Source of the DNA: Epiperipatus broadwayi
Taxonomy: Eukaryota; Animalia; Onychophora
Reading direction: 5' to 3'
DNA: 64,000 nt
Assembly (NCBI GenBank): GCA_028023455.1
Contig: JAQFVV010000001.1
Span: 33,604,001-33,668,000, forward strand
The notes beneath the pieces are model-generated. The model was given only the letters and a program-made list of their open reading frames with translations, was not told the DNA's origin and made no database searches. The position numbers and the translations under genes are program-made. Positions 1-15,000 of this stretch are shown here, piece by piece (positions within the stretch are counted from its first letter, which is position 1; every line of letters starts with the position of its first letter).

Positions 1-1887
1 CCCTACTAACCAATATAATATAATGGCCAATGAGTGCTTGTATTACATTCATAAATATCTTTCTTTTATTTATTTGATCCGCCAAGTGCAGAATTCATTA
101 CATTATAATTTGCTGCGAGTTTGTTTCCACCCATATAAATTTATTCTATTCGCCAAGTGCAGGATTATTTTGTAATGAATAAAAATAAATAAGTAAAGCA
201 GTTGTCGATTTTCTGTTATCCACTATTGCAGGATCTATTAAGGAATTTTCAATAATCAAACATGATTAATTTGCAGTCAAAATGCTATATTAATTAAGAA
301 TGAGGTTTTAATTATATTCATAAAGAAAAACAGAGGGTTATTTTCTGAAACACATACATGCCATGGCCAATGTATGTTGTATTTATGCTTATGATAACCT
401 ATTCCACATAAGAATTCAAAGTGTGTAAGTGAAAGAGAAGTTCAGACCATTCTATCCCATTTATTAAATCATTTAAGAATTATAAGTTTGGATTTCAATT
501 AGTATTTTTTGTGTGTTTTATTTTCTTTGTTGTTATTTGTAATTCTATAAAATATAATAGAGGACTTAATAAATATGGAGATATAATTTTTAAAGTATAG
601 CGTTGTGCGGTGTTTTAATAATTGTCTTATCGTTCAACCTCCTTTATTAACTAAGCAACAAACCACTTTCCCGAGATAAAGAGTTGTGTAAGCTAGTGTG
701 GGATTAGTCTTTATCAGGATTAAGAATAATTCATTAGAGCATCCATCTTTCTATTGATTTTGTTAAGAAAAAGATACTAACCCTTGTATAAATTATACAG
801 TCATATCCTTTTGGGGAGGGAGGAATCTTTTTCCAGGGGTAGCACATATAGGTCCTAGTTAAATGAACCTTTCAAAGGTATGAATGCATTAATTTCTTCT
901 TCGGATGCAATTTAATAAAATAATGAGTTATGGTGCCTCATTGAATATCTAGAATCATTGCTCGGTTGCATGACATGCATTTCATGTTCAATGCATGTAT
1001 ACATAAAGTGTAAAAAACTGACGTATGGCTATGACTGGTACACTATATGTATATATTTATGCAATACTGTCTTTTGTTTTTTATTAGATATATATTGTAA
1101 CCCTTAGTTTCTTTCGTAGTAAATAGTAGGATTAGTTTCTTAACTATATCCGAGTAAAATTTTTTTTTTTTAATTTTAAGAACAGTTAAAAGCTTTATTC
1201 AGAGAGATTAATAACCATGCGGCTTATATTTAACATATAGAGAAGAATCTGTGTTCATTTAAAATTATAGCGTAACATTATGTAGAGGGAAGAGGGATTG
1301 ACCATCGCGCGCACTATAATATCTGAAAAATGTTTATTTATATATCTAAACAGAAAGGTCTTTGTGAATCAGAATATTTATGAATAAAAATGCTAGTACT
1401 GATTGAAATCAAACTTATTGTTATAGATAGAATTTGTTTAACAGTTCTTTCATGAGAATAGGTTTGAATTTTTAGGAAAGATATTTTGTACTAATATGAA
1501 TAAAAGATATTTTTTACTGAAATGATATTATATGAACAAGCAGTCACTATTTAGTATTGTGAGTCTGTGCATGAGTATGTGCGTGTATGATGCATATATA
1601 TATATATTTTCTTCATGGAAATTTACACATTGTACTCTAGATTATTTGATAGTATAATGTAAAATGAATTTATTTTGTATGGGTTTTAATATTGTTTTCA
1701 GTTCTAAGTTTGATTTAAGTTTAAAGAAGAAATTTATTTATATAATATCAGTTTTATAAAATACTCGCGATTATATATATATTTTTAATATTTCTCGTAA
1801 ATCAAAGCAGTGTCCAATGTGTTAAGAAAGAAATAATTAAAACGTAATCGGAACTGAAGGCAATTAACCAAAACCAACATTTAACAA

Positions 1888-2325
1888 ATGGTGTCAAAGG
1901 TTGCCTTTGGAGAGAGAATGGTAAATTCGAAGAATGAAAGCAAAAAAAAAAAAAACTTGTGGGTGGTCTTTTTTTTATTTTTATAAAAGCTAGAGAAAAT
2001 GAAATAAGGGGGAATTTCTCTGGCTAACTCAATATCTGACCATTTTCTCCGATCGTTTTCTCTTTCAGAGACAGCAACTGACTCAACTTATTAAGAAGTG
2101 TGTATATATTACTTAAAGATGAAGTCCTTAGTCAATTATAAATGGTGTACAGTTTTCTCCAAAAGTAATTATGTCAAAATTAGTTCTCAACAAAAGATCC
2201 TGTACTCTCAGTACCTCAATCTTCGTATTCGGTTTTTAAAAGTGCATTTAAAAGATGACACCTCAGGAACAATGTTTTATCCATGGCTTAATCAATTAAA
2301 ACTCCAAGGAATGATTGGACTTTAA
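1888..2325 (+). other. Candidate spliced transcript segment (short exon, 148-nt intron, exon); host UTR or transposon-derived
   Basis: ATG at 1888; donor ATG|GTAAAT at 1921; branch-like CTAAC at ~2023; polypyrimidine tract and TTTCAG| ending at 2068. The spliced frame gives only MVSKVAFGERMRQQLTQLIKKCVYIT*. Another frame at ~2190-2280 (VLSVPQSSYSVFKS..HLRNNVL) weakly resembles a hAT dimerisation domain. Confidence 0.3.
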
Positions 2326-3049
2326 TATAAAGTTAGTTAATTACTTAACATTCTTATCAGTAAATTTTTTTTTTGATCATGACTCCAACCTAAGAATATA
2401 GTAGAAAAAAAGAGATCATTTAGAACACTTTCGTTAAAAAATTTTTTTTTCTCCTGAAAGAAACTTAAAGAAGCTAAAGTTATGGACTAAAATGTGAAAC
2501 CAAGCATCTGGATTCGAACACAGGAAGAAAAGTATTTAAAACACGAAAATTATCTGCAGGACTAATTTTTAACAGTTTTAATTATCACAGTCAATATAGC
2601 TGCATCCGGAATAAAAAGCATTTTATGTGTGTCTATAATCATTAACGTCAGATATAATTTGTTTTCCAAGGCAACGAACTAAAAAAGATAATTGGTGTGT
2701 GGACAATACATACATGTTCTCTGTCAAATTGGCCTTGACAATATAAGACTGAGCTTTGAAGGAACTCAAAACCAAAGAGACAATGCGTAATGTTTTATTG
2801 TTTATTTATTTTTCTTTTATTTATATGTTCGTTAGTATGTTTAATAGATATTTAACAGTTATAGGATTTTTTTTTTTTTAAAAAAGAAAAAAGAAATGAT
2901 TTTGACCCATAAGAAACTATTGAAAAAAAAAAGTTACTGTATAATAATGAGAAGCATAAATGCTTATATATTTGTCATATGAAAAAAAAAAAAAGGGAAA
3001 GATTTTTTTATTATTATCAAGATTATATCCCTATAGATGTGTGAAAAGT

Positions 3050-3900
3050 ATTTGAATAGTCGTTGCTATACCTTAACCTGTTGGTGCGATCTGTTATGAT
3101 TATAAAGATTGGATAAATGTTGCTGTGTGCTTGATTTTTGAAATTACTATAGTACATGGGTTTGGTTTGTGATCAGTCGACTTTGTCATCTTGCACCAAG
3201 ACTATAATCACCCTGTGGGTATATGTGAAGCTATAAATGCTGAGTATTACTGAGGTAGAGTATCGTACCACCTCGAATGGATAGATAGAGAATAACTATC
3301 TTATAATTTAAATCACTATGTATGCAGGTATTGGGAGACCAAGGACTTGATATCAGCTCCATTTGTTTTATTATTTAAATAGGGGAAAATGTTTTGCATG
3401 CCTATTTAAAGTAAATGTGTAGAGACTAGTTCCTCACACAATACGTAGCCTCAGAAAGAAGGCAGTTCTCTGGCCAATGCTAACATTTGAAGTTATGAAT
3501 TGTTTAATTTCCCTTACTGAGACACTAACGTGTGCATTGTGAAGTGCTGCATAGTGCTATAAAATATCTGGAGGGTTTTGCAAGATAGGATAAAAGTTAC
3601 TATGGCAGGATGAGGGTTATAATCAAATGTGGGTGTTGACATGGGGGATGATAAAGAGTTACTTTAATCTATAAGCTGGCTGATCTGTAGTCAGAGTTTG
3701 TCAAAGGTAATAAAATTAGATATTGTCAAGCTGTGGCAACATACTAGCCTATTAAAATATATACAGTTGCTAAAGTGGTAACATGATGATCAGAATTACA
3801 GGGGGATAGTGGTGAATATTTAGCATGCATGGAAATAAAACTGTGGTTTTATATTCCACCCAATTATTTAGAATGGTTAAAAGTTAGGATATAACATTAT
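3050..3900 (-). mobile_element. Highly degenerate LINE endonuclease-like remnant
   Basis: Locally raised GC. Minus-strand words resembling APE motifs (STDHKP at ~3160-3180; xDLN at ~3305-3320). Many stops. Confidence 0.25.
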
Positions 3901-6499
3901 TTTTACATAGGAAATACAAGATATTATTGCTTGTTGGAATAATTCAATTTATAATTGTTGTAATGAGGGGGGGGGGCAAGAAATTTATAGGCTTTGTTTA
4001 AAGTTATAAGATAATTTCATATTTATATTTGATGCAGAATTCTGATTCCGTGTGTAAGCACATTAATGTTAAATTGAAATATGGGTCAAAATAGTGATTA
4101 ATTTTTAAGGAAATTTAAATAATCTGAAAGAATATATTTTTTTTTTATTACTATTATTTATTTTTTTTTAGCTAAAATGAATTTCATATAAAAAGAAAGT
4201 AATTTTTTTTTCGTATAATATTCAAGATTGTAGTGATATTACATATATGTGTGTTTCTTTTCTACTTAAGTATAATAAGTATTTGTTATTGTTATAAAAT
4301 AAATTATCTATGTGTCTTGTGTTTTAACATTTCAAATATCTTCAAAACCTATATCCAGCATTTATATCTAGAACTAATACCAGATCACAATTTAAATTTA
4401 TGAATTGTCTTATGTTGATTGATTTCCATGGTTTACTTCCATACTTTATTTCTGCAATTAATTTTCATAATTCACCTTTATAAAATATCAACCAAGAAAG
4501 ATTTTTTTATATGGAGGGGGGGTGACGATTATTTTGTGGGGACAAAGAATATATTGACTCCTCGAACATAATGGATTTAAAGTACTAGTTGAATTTGGCA
4601 GATAAATGATACAAAATAGAATAAAATGAGAGAAAATAGTCGATTTAGATATATTAAATTTAGTTATTTGGTTGTTGCAATGTTATGAATTTTAGGAGCA
4701 GACATAAAATCCCTTTTCTGCTTTTGGTATTTAATATGATTCCCATTGGTAAACTCACATTAAAATTTAATTTAGCACGTTTTGGGATCATATCCGTTGC
4801 ATTGTAATCATTAGTAATTGCACCACATTAGCAGATCAAGACCTTGAGAAATTTAAGTACTTCCATTATTAAATTTAAGAGAGCTAGCCTGGAAGTCAAG
4901 TAGTGCAAGTATTAAATCGGGAAATACTATTATAATAATGAGAATGAATCTATAGTTAGTTGGAAGGCATATAGATGTGTTTAATGAAATAAGATTAAGA
5001 GTTATCAGTTAAGAAGATATAAAGGAGAAAATAACACAGACATTTAGTGTTATATAATTGTGACTATTAGAAGTGATAGATGCTGAGAACGAAAATAATA
5101 GTAAATAGGTTAAATAGGGAGAATTTATAACATTTCTTTTATTCTCTTTTAAATTAAATAATACTCTTATATATTATAAACATAAGTTATGAGTTCTCTG
5201 CATGGATTACTAATTTATTTCTAGCCATTTATATATTAGAAATATATAAATGACATTCTTGTAATTAGGACTCGAGATCATATATCTATATAAGGTTGTA
5301 GAAGAAAGTTGTCTAGATTAGTTAGCAGTAATAACTTATCATAAGAGTATTTACATAATGGTTATTAAGTTTAAAATTAAGACCATAATAAACTGAGTAT
5401 GAATTCATTTCTTCATTAGATCCTATAGTTATAAGCATGGCCGCTGATGTCTGGTGGGCATTGCGATTTCATAGTTACAATTTGGCACCCGGATATACAT
5501 AATCTTATTATTACTATCATTAGGTAAACACACTAACATTCCTTGTTCAGTTCCAGAGTTATTTTCAATCGACTATCTACTTGCATAAAGTTGAGGTTAG
5601 AATATATATAATAAATACACAGTGTATATATTATTGAAAATTAATATTGTATGCTGATTTTTTATAACTCTTGGAATTATTTTTAACCTTATATAAAGTG
5701 TATGCATGTGTGGGATGGTATTAGTTTGATTTGCCTCAGGTCCCAAATTTATTCAGTATATTTCTTGTTTTCTGTAGTGGATGATAATATGTTTATCCAT
5801 TCTTGTTTAAATGTTAATATTGTGTTGATTTACAAAATGGTAATTTGTTTGTATGCATTTCATTAAAATAAAATTCACTCATTATATATGTTGTTTTATT
5901 AAAAAATCAGTAATAAAATTCTATTTCTAATATAACTTTAGCCTTCTAGAGATATTGTAGTATAGTGAGTGATTTTTTTTTTTATAAATGAAAAAGTTAA
6001 ACAAATATAAGATTTTGATTGTAGTTTGAAATTGTCATGTATAAACTGGTAATTCAATGGAATTTTTTTAAAATAGCTTTATGTTGCTTAGTTTTTTAAA
6101 AAAACATTAATGAAAAACTGATATTTATTTTAATTCAGATTATGTAGATTGTAGTTTTAAAATATTGCTGAAAGTCTTTTGATTTTTTTTTTTTTAAAAT
6201 TAAGAATCACTTTCAAGCCATATTAATCAAACAAACATGTATGATAAACCTGTTTTAATGAAATTCACCTTTACCCAAATTTAGTGAGGGCAACCAAAAC
6301 TTATCATTAAGCAAGAATAATAAGTAGTTTAATGGTTTTCTATGGGGAAAAAAATGGTAGATCATTCCAGATGAAAATTACATTATAAGCTATGAACAAA
6401 GAATTTACAGAATTTATAAAAATAAAAAAAACCGTTAATGTATATTAAATGCTTGTATAAACTGTGCTATGTGTATAATGCAATTATAAAGTTGTTCTT

Positions 6500-6920
6500 T
6501 CTAGTGATCAGTGATCCATTCATCAATCATAATTATCCAGCTTTCTGAATAATCTGTTGCTCACTCTAACACCCATCATTGTCTTCTAAATCCTTTGATG
6601 ATCTTGGGTTTTTTTTTTTTTTTGGAGAAATGCACCAGATGTTGATGGCTGAAAGTTTCTGGAGAAAAAATTTCGAATGAATAGTTGATGTTCTTTTTCC
6701 CCCTGCATGGTTTTGGTAAGTTTGGATGTTTCTATGATGGTTTGAGCACTTTGTTCTATTTTGTCTTTGTTTTTAAAAATAGTCGTTATGTTGAATGTGG
6801 ATAAAACCATAGAAGAACAGATGTTATAATTTTTTTTTCTTTTCAGCCGATGTAAGATGTCCATTTCAGTTTCCAAAATCAGAGATGTTTTTGAATTTTC
6901 AGGATCATATTAATTGCTGC
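6500..6920 (-). mobile_element. Tigger/pogo transposase N-terminal (CENP-B/psq HTH) remnant
   Basis: ORF 6586-6876: ETEMDILHRLK...STFNITTIFKNKDKIEQSAQ matches the Tigger HTH pattern (STIxTIxKNKxKI). A downstream frame has IDEWITD (cf. LxxWIxD). Confidence 0.6.
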
Positions 6921-8739
6921 CATCATTTTAGTTGAAAATATATGTAGCTATAAGTGCTAGGAAAAAAAAAAAGTCTTAACTAACCAAAAATATACCAAAA
7001 TGAATGAGAAAATGAAAGTAAACTAGCAGTTAACAATTTTTTTTGTGCTTTTCCAAGTAACTGTTTTTTTGTTGCACTGAAAAAAATCCATATTGAAGTT
7101 TTATTTTTTTTAAAATTTGTACTATTATATTACATTACTTACATGAAATTACATGTATTTAGAATTTTAAAAAAAGGTTTAATAACAATTTATTTAATTA
7201 TTCATAAAGACTGACATTTATCATTAGTGTAAGATTAGCAAAATTACAATCATTGTACATTATCAAACCCTACTAGCAGTTAATGTCAAAAAAAAAATAA
7301 AAAATTCAGATATATTAAAAAAAGAAAGTATCTAATGCATTCTGTGTTTGCATATTATAATCAATATTTAAGCCTTTATTTTGCAATATGTAAGAATAAG
7401 AAAAACATAACTTCCCCAATTAAACAAGTAATATGTCTAAATGTACTAAAACGCAGGCAATGATGAAGCTTAATTGGCTGAATGCTTTTGAGAAGTTTTA
7501 TCTTCTCATAATCATAGCAAGTGGTGGCTTGTGTGCGCACTATGCAGATCAAATATGCTAGTTATGGCTACTTTTTTTTCCCCCCACAATATGTTGCTTT
7601 TTATTAAATGATGGAGACATTTTCTTGAAAATGATTTAATTTTTTTTTGATTGGTATAGTACTTGTGAAGGCAGAGATACAAATTATTTAAATAAATATT
7701 AAAGATATGAATATTTTTCAATTTATTTGTATTGCATTTTTATTTTCAAAATTTATTATTAACTGTATAATGTGTGCAATTTTGCTCACAATTTTTTTTA
7801 ACTGATAATACATTAACAGTTTGACTTGACCAATATTTTAGCTAATATTTACACTATACCCAATTAAATATTATTATATGACAATTTATCCCCCCCCCCT
7901 CTAATTTCTATATATTTTTAAACAATTGCGATAATGTCTGCTATTTTGAAGCAAATTAGAAGATAATTAGAAGAGCAATAGATTGTGTTATTTTAAATTT
8001 AGTTTAGTAATTTTTCATCATACCAAGTTTATTATTATTAACCCCCTCCCCCCAATAACAATTATGATGACTAAATTACAATAAGATAATCGTAATTTTT
8101 TTTTTACTGAATGCAAAGTATTGTTAGTAAAAATTTTAAACCATAAAAGTGGGTAAATAATACTTTTTAAACCAATATACACATTTTAAAATTTAATACT
8201 GTATTAATACATTTAGTTGTTTTATGTCATTAAAATATGATTTTGATGATTTATGAATGAATTGCTTTTTTTTTGGTTTTGTCATCATTAACAACAAAAA
8301 TCATTACTTTGAATATGTCATTTATAAAGTGCTGAATGCTGGATAAAAATTAAATACTGTACTATACATTCATTAATCATATTTTAAGTATATAATCATA
8401 ATCATATTTTAAGTATATAATCAAAATATGAATAAATTTGTACTTACAATTTTAGCATAAAAGTTGCTATTTTGCTTTTGGTTGAAGTAATTAATAACTA
8501 TTTTATGATGTCATCAGACTTACAAAATGGCCACTAAAATTTTTTTTGCAATTTTTTTAAAGATCATTATAATGAATAATTGCTTGTAAATCAAAATAGT
8601 GGGTGCAAATTGATGATTGCTGTTGTGAATTCTCACATATAGGTCAAGCACTAAGAAGGTATAGGTGCACCTCCCCCCATTTTTAGCTAAAATTTTCATT
8701 TTCTGTTTTAATAGTATTGTAGAAGAAATTTAAGAATTT

Positions 8740-8819
8740 GTCAAGCATTGGTGGTCGAGAGGTTAGCAGTTGTCCTGGGTTAGCTTCCCGGCTGATGCTA
8801 TGACACATGAGAAAAAAAA
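8740..8819 (+). mobile_element. tRNA-Gly-derived short SINE (internally deleted copy)
   Basis: GTCAA-GCATTGGTGGTCGAGAGG...TTCCCGGCTGATGC-TATGACACATG-(A)n; 14-bp TSD AAATTTAAGAATTT at 8726-8739 and 8820-8833. Confidence 0.8.
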
Positions 8820-10227
8820 AAATTTAAGAATTTTCAAAATACAGATTTCTAATTTTAGAATTTTGAAAATACTACTATCTGATTTCATTTTAATAGATTG
8901 AATGTGAAGTAAAAAAAAAACAAAACAAGTAATATGTAGTGAGTACTTCCTTTATATTCTATAAACATAAAAAAATGGCCTTAGTTAACTAACTAACAGG
9001 AGGTTATTTGGCTTTTATTGTATCATTATTTTTATGAAATTATTTATAAAATAAAAAAGAATAGAGAAATATGGAAATTGTCTATCTAACAGGATTATCC
9101 CAGGAAGTTTATACCTTTTACATCTATGAACTGTTAACTGAACCATTCTGAAATGATTAGTTGGAGTGAACTATGAACTGCTTATTTGAAAGGAAAATCA
9201 TAAGATTGCTGTTATCCAGAAAAAAATATAGATAATCTAGTTCCAACTTACAAATTGTGGGCATGAAATATAGATACATAGCCATTATACTACAGACTAT
9301 TTGCTCATTCTTTAATGGCTCATAAGTATTCTATGAGGAAAAAAGTTGACAAATACACATGGGTATCAATTTAGAATAATAAAATAGGATTTTTACTTAC
9401 CATTGACTTTTACAACATTATAGTAGTTACTATTATTTTTTTATTTATTATAAATATTACTTTATTGAGCTCCTCTCCCCAAGTTTTAAATCACTAATTG
9501 GATTTATTATTCATAATTATTTGCAGAAAATTCTATAAATATTATAAATGGACCATAATTTGTGGTATAGATACTCCAATTGGCAATTATTTATGATGAT
9601 ATAAATGGAAGACGTTTTGGTTTACATAATCAAAATAACCATGGATTCTTTTGGATCTTCTGCTAAGATTCCAGCAACAACTAAAATGATTAAATCTTAA
9701 TGACTTTTATTATTGTGGCACTTTGGAGGATGCAATTTTATTGATGGTTTGCATGAGGTTTTTCTGTTAAACTTTCATAAATGAGATCTCAATTTGAAGT
9801 AAATATTAGACAATGAAGCTATGTCTTGAATTAATAATAATCATAGGCTACTTTATATATATATTTACAGATTTTGTATAAAGCAGTTTTTATACCTGAT
9901 ATCTTTTGGAAGAATGCATGTTAAGGATGATAATCTATTCGAAGCTAATATATTATATCTATAATTATCATTAGCTCTAAAAACATTTCAATTTTCTGTA
10001 TTCTGATTTAAAATTTGTTTTTGAGTTAGAGGGGGGCAATTTTTATAGTCACTTATAACATTTTATATTGTATATATGATTATACTCTATATATGAATAG
10101 ACTGTCAAAAAACCATTTTTATTAAACTTGTCATGCTAGTTAATATTTATCAATAGATACATCAAATTAGTATCATTTAATATATGGGTTACTTATTTTC
10201 TTCACCTAAGGTTATATGGGGTTAGAG

Positions 10228-10335
10228 TTTTTTTTTTCCCCATGTGTCCTAGCATCGGCCGGGAAGCGAACCCGCTAACCCAGGACAACTGCTTATAAGG
10301 CAGCTGCGCTGACCTCTCGACCACCAATGCTTGAC
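10228..10335 (-). mobile_element. tRNA-Gly-derived short SINE
   Basis: Reverse complement has GCATTGGTGGTCGAGAGG (A box) and GGTTCGCTTCCCGGCCGATGC (B box plus acceptor-stem 3' side), then tail and poly(A). Same family as 8740, 33227 and 49681. Confidence 0.85.
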
Positions 10336-11039
10336 AGATTTGTTTTTTTTTTTTTTTAAAGGAAAAAATCTAATGTAATATACAGTACAAATGGTTTGGT
10401 TAAAAAACAAACAAACACATTAACTTATTTCTATTTTATGAAATTTGTTGTTCTATATTAGTGTTAGCTATGCATTTGATATATGTAATATGTATTATTT
10501 CTTTTTTATTGTTTTATTATTTGACACACAATTATGTCTTAATAATTTTAAACATATTAGATAACAGAGTCTGAAGTTTAAAATCAGGTATTTAAACAAA
10601 CCGCTATGTTTCAACTATATATAAACTTATTCTACTATGAGAATATCATGTTTAATCATGAACTAATTAATTTTATGTTTTAATCATTATATAATGTAAT
10701 TAATTTTGCATATATTACTTACGTTTATATTTTTACATTACCCAACTTATTATAATAATGGAGATGCATTAATCATCTTTTCAAAATATTGCAATATTTT
10801 GATTGTGGAATTCTGATTTGATTGTGTCTTATGTAAATTTTATTGGTTACTAATGATTAGTTACTAAATCATTTTATGAATTTATTGTTGTTTTAATTAA
10901 TTTTTGTAAATTCTTAGTTTATTTTCATAACTTAATTTCATTAATGAATATTATTTGCTTATAAAACTAAATTAAAAAGAAGCCTCCATCTTATTGTGTT
11001 TTGGTATTAAATACATTAGTGAATGTTGATTCTTTTCAA

Positions 11040-11460
11040 AAATTCTCTCCAGATGGAATAAAAGAAAATGACAAATTGTTAATTGGTTAATAATATACAT
11101 CTTCAGTCACATTAACGGTGGACTTTTATGGGAGGATTCACTATAATAAGCATCATTAATTTGTACATAGTATTTTGGATATACGGTTGATTATCATTAT
11201 AACGATCTTGAAAAAAAATTGAAACTTTTACTAAAGATTTCCCCCCCAAAATGATGGCCATTTTGTAAGATTGATGAAGTCGTAGGATAGTAACTTTTTA
11301 AAAACTACACCAACCAAAAGTAAAATGGCTACGTTGATGCTAAAAATATGGAGTACATAATTTATTCATTAAACAATATATATGTTTCGACTGGAATTAA
11401 AATATGGTTAATGTATTTTAATCCAATTTTTATCCAGTGCCCTTGCAAGATAATCAGTGC
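11040..11460 (+). mobile_element. Degenerate Tc1/mariner-superfamily remnant
   Basis: 11101-11140 resembles the SPDLxPxDFFLWG motif region after frame adjustment. The rest is heavily decayed. Confidence 0.25.
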
Positions 11461-11737
11461 TTTCATTTATGACATATTCAAAGTAAAGATTTTCATAGTA
11501 AGTAATCAAAAACATACTTAGATCATGTACAATAACAAAGTGTATTAGTATTAAATTTTAAATTGGGTACATTAAGCAAAATATATACTCGATCAATATT
11601 ATTTAAAATTCTTATGAATATTATTTTACTTGGAGCAAAAAATACATTTCATTGAAATATGTCAATTATGTTGAGGCAAAAAAGAGAGAGAGAGAGAGAG
11701 AATTAAATGACGTATATGCATTATGCAGTTACCAATC

Positions 11738-11875
11738 AACTATATGATCAAAGGTTTAAAAATTTTTATTTGCTCAATTGTAAATCAATACAATCTCATA
11801 ATTTAAACTATATGATCAAAGGTTTAAAAATTTCATTTATTTGCTCAATTATAAATCAATGCAATCTCATAATTT
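11738..11875. repeat. Local tandem duplication, ~68-bp unit x2
   Basis: AACTATATGATCAAAGGTTTAAAAA...CAATCTCATAATTT starts at 11738 and again at 11806. Confidence 0.9.
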
Positions 11876-12559
11876 GTTTCTGATAATGGCGACTTGTATC
11901 ACAAACTTAAAAAAATACTTATGTACACAATCAATTGTACATTACATTTCGGTGTCAAATTTCCTTGCATTTATGTAAAATAAGCAAATTCATGTGCAAT
12001 GTTGTTTTATAAAAAAATAATGAAAAAAATAATTTTATTGGTTAGATATTACAAAAACTTTCATAATAAAACATAAAGCACATCAAAAATAATTTTTGAA
12101 ATGTGCTTTGTGATTAGTTGATTTTTTTTTTTCATTTATACTTTTAAGAAATATTCTCTCACTACATAAGAAGCAAAATGATGGAATGTTAATTAAAATT
12201 TTTTTTTGTTTTCCAAAATGTTATTATACAGTATTTTTATCCGTAGGTTAATATATATATAGTTAATAATATAGTTAATAAATGTTTGTTCATTACTTAA
12301 CACTATGCTTTATTTTTTTAATCGCATCAAATTTTATATATTTTGAATCTAAAGTAATAGATATATTTTTTTTCTATAAGAAACCATTATATTATTGCTT
12401 TATTTTTTATATGAGATTTTTGATTATGAATTTTGGGGCACCAATTGTCCTTGCTAACCTGGGTAATGGTGTTTCTTATTTTTATGACCACAACTCCATG
12501 ATATTTGTAATTTAACCGATACATTTTTTAAAAATTTTAATACCCTAGTGTACACATTC

Positions 12560-13540
12560 ATATTTCAAATAGTTATGATGGGATGAAAGTTCTAAAATTA
12601 TTTACTTACTGTCTAAATATTCCCTCAGTGCTGTTCAAACTTGTGTAGATGAAAAATTCAAATTGTTTTTATCTAATGTTTTCACACAGCCATTTCAGTA
12701 TATCCAAGTAAAATTGCTTAAATGTTTGTTTATTTGATGTAAATTCATAATGAACAATGTCTCTGACATCAAAAAATATTGTTAATTCTGGGCTGATGGA
12801 ACTTTTTGGTTGTGGTGAATTGGCTGACTTCTACTGTGCATTTTGACATTTTGTTTCAGGCTTATAATGGTACACCATATTTCATCACCAATGGTAACAT
12901 GGGCCAAAACATAGTCTTATCTCTTCAAAAAGATCTTGGCAAAGTTCATATCTCCTTTGCTTTTGTTCATTGGTGACTTCTCTTTGACAAGATTTTCAGT
13001 TAAGATTTTTATTTCTCTGTCAATGTTTATATTTGGTTTGTTATGCCATTCAAAGTCAGATAACAATTTTTCAAGCAGAACTGATGAATTTTTGCTATAT
13101 TTTCTTCACTTCTGCTCATTACTGTCTACCCCGATCTCTTTTTATTACTGATATTTTTTTCCTCAGAAAAATGTTTAATCAATTTTTACATTGACATTTT
13201 CTTTATGGCATTATCCTCATAAACTTGGGATAATATGTCACAGAATTCATTTCCACTCTTGTTAAGTTTGACAAGAAATTTAATGTATATTTCTTGTTCT
13301 AATTCCAGCTATGATATTCTTGCAATGGTACACAAAACATGTATCGGCAACAATAAATATCACTCAGCAAGTACTGCCACAAGTCAACATGGACAAAGCT
13401 GTGAGACTTATATCAAGGTTATGAAACCATACTGAATTGTTTGCAGAGTGCTGCCAACATAAGTGTTTGGTGGTGTCAAGTTCACAAACTTAATTGGCAA
13501 TTTAGAAAAATAATGATGTCTAAATTTGATCCTTCACGTA
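12560..13540 (-). mobile_element. Mariner transposase pseudogene
   Basis: Minus-strand frames: ELEQEIYIKFLVKLNKSGNEFCDILSQVYEDNAI (mariner HTH, cf. EQRxxIKF...L..VYGD); SRSEENIAKIHQ; HVTIGDEIW (cf. ITGDETW, first catalytic D); TIFFDVRDIVHYEF (cf. VFFDxxGIVHxEF). Frameshifts and stops. Confidence 0.8.
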
Positions 13541-14866
13541 GAAGCATTTTTTTTTTCATTATCTATCCTTTTTTTTTTTAAGGCCTGAATTCTAAGCCAT
13601 AAAGTTCATATTATAGAATTATACAAATTATTCTTTTTCAAACTTGTTTTTTTTTTTTTTTTAGTTGGGAGGGGAGGGTCATTTATTAGCAACAAATTAT
13701 GTTTCCTCTTCAATTTTTATCTGCATGGATAGATTTTTTTTTTATAAAAAAAGTAACAATCACATCTTTTAATTTTTATAATTCAGAGATGTAGTAATAA
13801 CTACTTTATTTTTATGTTTATTTTTATTTTACAAAAGGACTTTAGTATTAGTTTATACAAATATTTTGTTTTGTTTGCAATTTTTTATTAATAATCTTAA
13901 TATTTTCAGAATTAATTAAGATGGTAAAATTTCTTAATAGCAAATAAATGTAATTTTTTTTTACATATGAAATGAATAATTGGATTAAGAATACAGTGGA
14001 TCAACACTATAAGCTATATTTTGTTTCTCATACTTCTTGCATACATTGTATACTTTATATAATAGCTCTCTTTCTGTTGATTAACTTTTATTAGAATAGA
14101 ATACAAATTGTTTATTGAACTGCCAACACACATATATATCCATGTAACTCCTCTCTTCCAACACAATATATATCCATGTAACTGGTGTTTTTTTTTTTTT
14201 ATGTATATAAATTAAAATTAGTTTTTAACAATCAGTAGAGGTAATATAATCACATATTTTTCATTTATTGAAAAGGTAAGTATAAGAAAAAAAAAACATA
14301 CTGTACCATATTTGGATCAATTAAATAAGTTCTGGCAATATCTCATTATCATGAAGCTATGATCTGTGTTAATTGTTTTGATATTTTTATGTTAGTATTA
14401 ATTTTAATTATGCTATATAATTTTGTAAAACTTTTAACATTACACTTAGAAAACAGTTGAAGTCAAATTCTGAAAGGATAATAAAGGAAAAATAAAATAT
14501 ATGTGCTTTCAGCATGATCCAAAGAAATTTGATTAATAAATATGATCGTATACAGTGCTATGAGACAGAAAAAAACACAGATACTGGCCTATTACTGTAA
14601 AACTTATTTACATATTTTTTTAAAAAAATTTAAACATAGTTACATATAGCGCTGCTCGAGTATCATAATAATGTGTTAAATTTGCAAGTTGTAATGGTTT
14701 TTTTTTTGTTTATTTATATTTTTTTGGGATAGCATATAATTGAAGTCTGGTAGATTGATACATCATACTTCGCGGCTTTACTGCATTTATTTAAAAAAAA
14801 AAAAAAAGATTATACATATTAATTTTTTATTGACATTTTTTAAAACAAATTTTAATTATTTACAAG

Positions 14867-15000
<134 letters not shown>

